Shown here: one piece after another, positions 50,969 to 64,000 of the stretch
Layout: every line of letters begins with the position of its first letter
How positions within the stretch are numbered: the stretch's first letter is position 1
DNA from: Macrostomum lignano
Taxonomy: Eukaryota
Reading direction: 5' to 3'
Assembly (NCBI GenBank): GCA_002269645.1
Contig: NIVC01001739.1
Location: 8,462-72,461, forward strand
DNA length: 64,000 nt
Program-made: the position numbers and the translations under genes
Notes under the pieces: model-generated
Seen by the model: the letters and a program-made list of their open reading frames with translations, nothing else
What the model was told of the DNA's origin: nothing
Databases searched by the model: none

Positions 50969-52930
50969 GGACTGCCTGCTAGGCCTATGCAACACTAGGG
51001 TGCCCAACACTGCCAACAGAGCGGACTTTGTTCACTCCCAGGCTTTGCGGCGCACTATCTGAGATCTGACACGCCCTGCTCTAACTGTGACTGTGCATGT
51101 GGGGTTGTATAGGCCTAGGCCTATTTTGTTGTAGTTGTTGTTATTACCTAGTATTACCTAGTAAAAATATTATTTAGGCAAATTGAGCTCTCCAAGCTTC
51201 TGGCAATAGCACTGTAGTGTAGTAATACTAACTAGGCTTTATATGTTTAGGAAAATGTTTTATAGATTAATAATACTATATACTATATTAGGCCCCCTAC
51301 TATAGTTATAAGTCATACTCATATAGTCAGTCAGAGTGTCAGACAGACTTGACTTAGTAATTAAGTCATAGATTAAGATTAATTTTTCTTTCTGTTTCGG
51401 ACAAATACGGAGTTAAAATTAACTTTTTTAAATAAAGGACTGTACACTATTTTTGCACATGTACTGTACTGTTACGTTTGTGAATGGCAGACTGGACATC
51501 TCCCGTGTTTAAGATTAGGCCGAACGTGTACTTTGCCTTAGTAGTAGTAGTAGTAGAGATTGATTTGATTTCTAATTACGATTTTTTAAAAATATAGCAA
51601 ATATTCCACCGCAATATAACTAAAACTCCTCTATACGAGCTGTAAAGTAATAAAAATTTTTACTCTTTTTTTAACTACGAGAAATATGCATACCGCAATA
51701 TTTTCAAAAAGAAACCTACACTCTGTGTATACACGCATGCTGTACAATGGTACTGTAACGTGCCGTTCGTTCATCGATAACTAGAGCTCTCATGGTAAGT
51801 CCAAAGCATTCCTATACCAAATACATAAAATAAATTAAAAAACGGGCAATACGCAATACTACTGATACTATTTAAGCGCTTCCAGAATAATTTTAGGAGT
51901 TTATTATATAATCTTGTGAAATCGACAATAGGGGAATTAAGAGTTGTAGATTCTCGCGCATTTACATAAGCACCTCCAGGTAGATCAATGGTGCTTGTTG
52001 TAATAGTTTTAATGCAAGTGCGTGTAAATGACTAGGTCGTCCTTAAAGTGAATTAGCATTTTAATTATGCTTATAGTAGTTCAGCCACAGTAAAATCTGC
52101 CAAAAATTCTTACTTTCTTAGTCGACTAAGAAAGTAGTGACTTAGTGACTGCCCCCCTCTCTAAGGTCTTCAGCCTCCCGCAAATAATTCTGCGGATGTT
52201 TCCCGGTATTTAAAAGAAGTTATTCAAGCAAATGCAAACGATGTGTTTCCTCAAGTTATTTTTGGCTCGTTAGATTTTATATATTAATTGTTTTTAGGGC
52301 GATTCTATTAAATGTTTTTTGTTTTTTCTACATACATATTTCTGTTTTAAAAAAAGAGAAAATCGAACAGGATAGAAAGACCAAGTGTAATAATTTTCTA
52401 AAATTAAATTAGCTAAATTTGTCATTTCACTGACTGGCATGTTGTTTCCTGTATTGTACTGTACTTATAACTTGGTTATAATCTCCACAAAGACAACCGG
52501 TGTATTATTGGTAGTTCTATCATTTTATCAACGCATTTACACAAAATACATAGGTAATTTTATTCAAAGAAGCAATTAAGGGTTCAGATAAAATAAAATT
52601 TTACAATGCTGTATACAGGTTACGCAATCAAAAATAGATTCGGGTGATGAAATTGCACTCTAAAACGCAAAGCATTTAATATAAATTATGTTAAATCGAT
52701 TTGGTCGATAACAACCAGCAAAGATCTAAGAGCAAAGCCGATCTATAATGGAAACAGCGGCCACAAGCTTGCGCTGGGAAGTTTTGAATTTAAACAAAAA
52801 ATCTGATCGCTCACTTGCAATTTCTTTCTAACAATAGGCGTCGATTTATACTACTCAAAGTGACTATCTGATAGTAGTATAGACATAGTGACAATTAATA
52901 TTGAATTCCCAGGAATTCTTCTCTACCCAT

Positions 52931-57198
<4,268 letters not shown>

Positions 57199-58544
57199 CT
57201 GAAATAATGTTTGTTGTGACGGGTTTCTGCGTACTGATCTATTTTATACTGCTACTTAAATATGCAAGTTTTTCGCGCCATGCTCCACACTTTCTACTTG
57301 TCAGTAGGCAAAATCTCAAGCGGAGCTATAACTGGCTTCAGCTCTTTTTTACTTAAATCTATTTTTAAGGATAATTTACTGTTTTCTGTACTAATAGTAG
57401 AGTATTTTTTAAATATGAATCAAATTTTCAACGAATTGTGGGACTGGACTCCGCTAAGCTTTAGTGTATACGATAGATACTAGAATAACTGGATTGTCCA
57501 CTCAGGCATATACTTAGCAAAACAGCTTTCTACTTTCAGTTCAGTAGCAAGGAAGAATACATAAGCTATTTTATAGAAATAAAGGCAGCTGAAATGACTT
57601 TGATAAGTTTAGAAGCCCACAAGCTTGCAGACGTAAACAACTTGCTAATTAGTTCAGCAATAATGTACATTAGCCAGTCCACTGAAATGTACATGGCAGC
57701 TTTAGGTTGGAATTCCGAGAAGTCAATAAAAATTGGGGCGGGCGGGAGGGGGGGGTAGAGTGGAAAGGCGCAGTTGGAGAGTTTAAGCTGGGTGATAAGA
57801 ACCAATAAATGAGCCTCGGCTTTAAAAATAACTCGTTCATCTAAATGCTGCAGTTTAACCTACTACTGAACTGAAAGTAGCTTACACGCAAATGTGCTGC
57901 GTGGCCCATCGTTATTCTAGTATCTGTGGCATGTATAATACTATATATATGTATTTAGCTAAATAATAATTAATCAATTATTAACACAATTAGGTGATTT
58001 TTTCAAAAGGACGCCACTTCATGCGCGCAAAAGTATATTTAAGCGAATTTTGTAGCTAAATAATAAACCATGCTAGCCATGCCGGATATGTACAGCTAAC
58101 TGTTACAGTGCGTAACGCTATTTTAACTACAGTAATTTAAAAAAGACAGGACAAAGGAAAAGAAATATCCTTTTTCTGTTTAAAACGCGAGACAAGGACA
58201 GCTTCAATATAAACATCGAAGTCGAATTTCGAATCGAAGTCGAAAGTCGACTGCAGATTGGTACTTCTCGTTTCTGAAATTGACAGACATTGGGGTTTGG
58301 GATGCCAGTGCGAGAAAATTGCGTAATCATTTTTACGTACTTATAGTTTACTGTGTTTGCGGAATAAGTAAGACGCGCGGGTCCCAGCGTTTTTTTCAAG
58401 TACAACATAAACTTTAGAGTTTTTTATTGAAAATCTTATTAGCGCCAAGGACACGCAATTATCTGCATCAACCGAACAGACAAACCTCACCACATCGAGT
58501 TCAACACTCAATTCAACTGTCAAACGTTTTTTTCAATTTTAAAA

Positions 58545-59598
<1,054 letters not shown>

Positions 59599-59799
59599 AG
59601 AAACCAAGCAAAAAACTAACGAATCTATGTTGAAAGTTCAAAGAATGCATCGTTCGGCTGGAGAAAAAAAAAGCATCGAGGGCAGTTTCATCATTAATGT
59701 CATTTTGACCCGTCAAGTCTAACAAAGCGTCTCAGTACAAGTTACAGCAGCAACTGTTCAATAGTTTACCAGATTAGATTGGCCAGTTTGTTAATGCCG

Positions 59800-62223
59800 T
59801 CATTTCGACACACCGGACGGTAGCGAGGCGGCAGCGGCCCGGCCACTCAGGCACACGTAGGCCGTGCCCTGCCGCTCCAGCTTGGCGTGCAGCTTCTCGG
59901 CCGTGCCCAGCGGCGTGTCCGAGCTGCCCATCGACTTCAGCAGCTCCTCTTCTTTAATCTTCTTCAAGCGTTTCTCAGTTTTCTTCTTGCCGCTACCCTT
60001 GCCGTGGAATCGATGGCTGAGATAGTCGAACGCATCTTTCTGGTTCAACACTCGACCGTCATCATCAGTGTACTCCAGCTTCACGTCGGGCTTGTAGTTT
60101 CTCAACTCTTTGAACTCCTGAACTCCGCCGCCGCCGCCGCCGCCACCGAAGCTCAGCCGATCGCGCCGACCAAATTTAGCATCGATATCGTCGTGTCGTA
60201 GGTCCTCTTGGAACACTTTCTTAGCCCGAAGGCCCGACACTCCGCTTGAGCCGGCAGCGGCGTCGCGGCGCCCGCCGGAGCTCTCCAGGTAGCCCTTGCG
60301 CCTGGCCAGTTCCAGCGCCGCCCCAATGCCGCCTTTGCGCAGCTCCGGCTCCTCCTCGAGGATGCCGCCAGCACCGCCGCCGCCGGCTTGCTCCGCGTCC
60401 GACACGTCTATGCTGTCTTCATCGTCAGCTGCTGTCCGTCTTCGATACTGCTCCCGAGAAGGCTGCTGCTGCTGCTGCTGCTGTTGCCGCATCGCAGACT
60501 CCGGATCAACCTCCATCCAGGTGCCAACCTGCTGCTGCTTGCGCCGACCATAAATGCTGTAGTCGTCCTCTAAGCCGTCCTCATCGTCGCCAGCATCGAC
60601 ATCCGCGGCTGCTGCCGAAGCTTCAAACGATGCGGCCTCGGCGGCATCGGCCACCGCTGCTCTGGCCTCAGCCTGGGCCACCGCAACAGCTGTAGCAGCT
60701 TTGGAGGCGTCGCCAAGACTTCGGCAAAACTCGGCAGTGGTGTCAAACACCATGCCAGAGGAAGCCGACGGTAAGCCGCTGCTGTCCTCTTCTTGGTCCT
60801 GTTTGTCACGTCGATTCACCACTGGCAGCTGCCTGGGCCGCCTCCTGCCGTCCTGCTGTTGAACTCGGCGAGCCCGTTCCAACAGCAGCTGCAAATCTTC
60901 GAGAGCTTCATCAGCCACGGAGGGAGTCTGCTCAATGATTTCGGCATCAGTCAGGCCCGGCATTGTTGGAGCTTCATCGACTAATTCTCCCTCCTCTTGG
61001 CGACCTTTGCTGGCCTCCTCATCGTCTACTAGGGGCAGCAAATCGTCCGCTTTCAGCATGCGCGATTTCGGCACTTTACGCTTGCGCCGTTTAAACTTGG
61101 CGGCTTCGGCCACCTCGGCAGCTGACAGATAGTCGGCCGCCAGCTTCAGCTCCGATGGACCGTCCAGCGAGACCGACGCGGCAGCCACGGCGTCTCTGGC
61201 CAGCGCCGCTGCCGACTTTGCAGCCGGAGCCTCCGTCTCACCGCCAGCGAGCACGAATGCCCTCTTCCTCGAGGCCGAGTCCGCTGCAATCACCGAGTCG
61301 TACTTGGCCAACACTGACGGCCCCGCCGCGCCTCCGAGTTCATCATCTTCATCGTCTAATCCAGCCTCTCCCTCCAGACCGGCGTTGGCGGCGTGCCAAG
61401 CTGAGCCTACCTGGGCTCGATTCCTGACATTCTCAGCGTGCCGCTCGTCATCAACCATGTTGACATTGATCAGCGTCTCTGCCGCATCGTCATCGTTGCT
61501 GTCCAACACTCCGCGATCCTGCAGCACCAGCACGGTGGTCTGGCCTTCTTTGAACTTCTTGGCCGAGTGCGCCACCCGGAGGCCGGCCAGATCGTTGCTA
61601 GAATAAGCCGACGAAGCCACGTCAGCTTCGACCAGCCGGCTGACATCGAACTCGGCGTCCAGCTCGGCCAGCTCCTTGGCTCGCTGCTCAGCCAACCGAC
61701 GCTCGGCCTCGAGATTCCTGCTGCGCTCAATCCAGGCGGCAGCGGACAGGTCTTTGTCCTCCTCGTCACTGTCGTCACCGAGCCCGCGGAGTCGAGTCAA
61801 TTTCTCACGCATCTCGCGTTTCTGCCAGCCAATCAGGTTCGCTCTTGAACTTTGGCGGAGTGCTTAGCCTGGGTCAAACTCTTCGCCGGAGCGTGCAGGA
61901 AATTCGTTGACGAAGATCCCGGCTTCGCCTTAGGATCCGAGGCCGAAGAGTTAACCTCGAGAGGCTTCAGGCCGAGCTTAGCTCGCAACTTGTTCGTCTC
62001 TTCGATGCTCAACGAGATCACATCGCCGCTGCTCTGCTGCTCTTCCTCATCCTGCTGATGCTGCGGCTGCTTCTGCTGGCGCCGACTGGACGAGCTTGAG
62101 GAAGCCTGAGCCTGACTAGAAGAAGACGGCGCTGGCGGCGGAGGAGCAGGCGATGCAGAGCGCGGAACGCCTGCGGCGCTTTCGTTTCTCGCTTTTCTTA
62201 CTACTGGTGTCGCCGGTGCCCAT
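59800..62223 (-). CDS. SART1: U4/U6.U5 tri-snRNP protein SART1/Snu66, single coding exon, two apparent frameshifts
   Basis: HIND motif SLSIEETNKLRAKLGLKPL; AAAWIERSR; LAGLRVAHS..KFKEG.TTVLVLQD..VLD; C-terminal YKPDVKLEYTDDDGR.LNQKDAF.YLSHRFHGKGSGKKKTEKRLKK and SDTPLGT. The natural start ATG GGC ACC (62223; MGTGDTSSKKSEKRKRRRR) is out of frame with ORF 61833-62264, which is out of frame with ORF 59800-61812. Confidence 0.88.
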
Positions 62224-62344
62224 GGCTGCCTGGCTGAAATATTGGAATCAATAAATGCATACATGTATTTTTATGTGTGGCCTCTTTTATTAATATGATT
62301 AGCGTTAGTCTTAGTCCATCGATGTTCACAACCCTATATAATAG

Positions 62345-62660
62345 CAATAATAATAATAATAATTGATTACACCTGCCCCAATTGGGCCAGATGTGCAACC
62401 GACAGCTTAGCCGCAGCTATTGCGAGGCGCATCTGAAGGCTGCGTACGGCTGTTCAGTCCAAGAATCGGGAGGGGGTCGCCACGCACCCTTCCTTAACTA
62501 TCCCAGCTAATGCTGGCACACATTTTACAGCTAGGTGAACTGAAGCAATGCAGAATTAAATGTTTTGTTTAAGGACACAAATTTTTCCAGCGGGATAGGG
62601 AATCGAACCCCCGACCTTCAAGTCGTGAGTCCGACGCTCTTACCACTAGGCTGCAACCCA
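62345..62660 (-). mobile_element. tRNA-derived CORE-SINE with (ATT)n tail
   Basis: Minus strand reads: A box TAGTGGTAAGAG, B box GGTTCGATTCCC, then TGTGTCCTTAAACAAAACATTTAATT...CTTCAGTTCACCTAGCTGTAAAATG, which resembles the CORE (MIR core) domain, ending in ATTATTATT. The tRNA acceptor stem does not pair. Confidence 0.75.
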
Positions 62661-63381
62661 TGTTAAATCCTATCCTATATACATACTAACTACTCATCTT
62701 GAAAGTAATTATGAATATTTTTTATATACGAGCGTAGAATTTGAAAAAATCAGTAAAAATGATCAACAAATATTTTTCCAAATAAAAGGTATTAACGTTT
62801 CGCCAAAATAAAACTTTTATTTTTAATCTCTAAAGTCAGCGTGAAAGACTCGAGGACAGAATAGACATTTTAAAAAGTATTGAAATGGAAAGCGACCAAA
62901 CAGAAAATGCAAGTTGTCAGAATGCAATTACAAATCATACTCAATAGATTATTTCTGGTAGCCATACTTCTTGTACAAATTTGAAATGCGTACTTTTAAT
63001 TAATATTACTAAAGCTAAAGACAGCAAAGAAAAATAAAATGCATTATAGACAGACGTTGCTACGATAGCTACTTTAATAGACAGACGTTGCTACGATAGC
63101 TACTTTAATAGCGATGATAAATAAAACGAAAAAATGCATAGAGCAATAAAATCTTTTTCCCCATATGTATCGAAGAGACCAAACTTTATATAGCGTTATT
63201 ATGCCGATATGTATCGAAAGTCAACTTAAGGGTATATCGAAGGTCAATGGAATGTCAACTTTATAAAGCGTACATTGCCATAGCCGATCATGTATCGAAA
63301 GTCAACTTTACAAACCGTATTTTGTCATATCCGATATGTATGGAAAGTAAACTTTATGATGAGTGAATTGCTACAGTTACA

Positions 63382-63669
63382 TCAGTGCGGATCGAACATA
63401 AACCCAGCGGGCGACGCGGCCGCCCGTTCCGCCTTGTCTGCGCGGTATTCAACGAACTGCAACACTCCGGCGACGGCAAATGCCAGACCGCTGGGCCAGC
63501 AGGAAAGGCCAGCCCAACTCCCACACGTGCGGATGACTGAACGGTCGGACAATGAGCCACGTCAGCCATTTGTGCGGCTGTCTGGCGGCCTGGGTGCTAC
63601 TAATAGTAGCGAGTTTGGCATGATAAAACCGAAGTCCTGTTGACGCCGATTGGGACCGTCCGCAATCGC
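63382..63669 (-). CDS. Probable last exon of a claudin/PMP22-like tetraspan protein (gene extends beyond the window), with an apparent frameshift
   Basis: Strong acceptor TTTTTTATTGATCCAG at 63670. One frame reads ...HPHVWELGWPFLLA; a shifted frame continues SGLAFAVAGVLQFVEYRADKAERAAASPAGFMFDPH-stop. Joined, this resembles the GWSFxLA motif plus TM4 of invertebrate claudin-like proteins. Confidence 0.45.
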
Positions 63670-63799
63670 CTGGATCAATAAAAAATTGTCGTTGCTAACT
63701 GGTTCGATTCCTACTTTGAATTTATCACTGAACTAGCAGGCAGGCAGACACAGACTGAAATACAGACAACCATTGGCAAATAAATGTTAAATATTGTCA

Positions 63800-64000
63800 A
63801 CAGACACTGATACAGACAGACAGCCATACAGACACTGATACATACAGACAGACAGCCATACAGACACTGATACAGACAGACAGACAGCCATACAGACACT
63901 GATACAGACTAGACAGACAGACAGCCCATACAGACACTGATACAGACAGACAGACAGCCATACAGACACTGATACAGACAGACAGACAGCCATACAGACA
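63800..64000. repeat. About 28-nt GACA-derived minisatellite (ACAGACACTGATACAGACAGACAGCCAT), truncated by the window end
   Basis: Directly visible. Confidence 0.9.

Noticed and set aside
57677-57694. MYISVD peptide upstream of FGGY resembling its AYISVDVGT start
   Set aside because: Match is only about 15 nt, the frame diverges immediately (WLMY) and there is no compatible donor; treated as chance or an unprovable relic.
62590-62660. tRNA-Val(CAC) gene
   Set aside because: Acceptor and anticodon stems do not pair and it continues into a CORE domain and tail; it is a SINE head.
63701-63711. Isolated B box GGTTCGATTCC
   Set aside because: No A box or cloverleaf nearby.

Overview
This is metazoan genomic DNA, not prokaryotic. 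GC-rich exons with polyQ/polyA/polyG tracts, (GACA)n microsatellites and a minisatellite in almost every long intron resemble a free-living flatworm such as Macrostomum, but that assignment is inference. I assembled six gene models by hand from GT-AG sites and exon phases. On the + strand: an SPDEF/Ets98B-like ETS transcription factor (1883-4366). On the - strand, five co-oriented genes: STIM (9553-23673), a Trio/UNC-73-like dual RhoGEF (27571 to at least 46149), FGGY sugar kinase (52931 to at least 57198), an intronless SART1/Snu66 (59800-62223), and the probable last exon of a claudin/PMP22-like gene (63382-63669). Mobile elements: two complete copies and one partial copy of a CATAC-TIR MITE with 8-bp TSDs, a hAT-type MITE, an internally deleted Merlin transposon and a CORE-SINE. 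The best finding is in STIM: two tandem, homologous, frame-incompatible exons (17639-17739 and 17194-17300) each encode the Orai-gating apex of the CAD/SOAR domain. One has the STIM1-type Phe (F394 position) and the other the STIM2-type Leu, so one gene may make strong- and weak-agonist Ca2+ sensors by mutually exclusive splicing. The same gene has a symmetric basic cassette exon and a stop codon overlapping the last splice donor that would remove the polybasic tail. Four apparent frameshifts (Trio, SART1 twice, claudin-like) are most simply assembly indels. Most long ORFs in the ORF track are satellite artefacts. All models are manual and untested against transcripts or databases.
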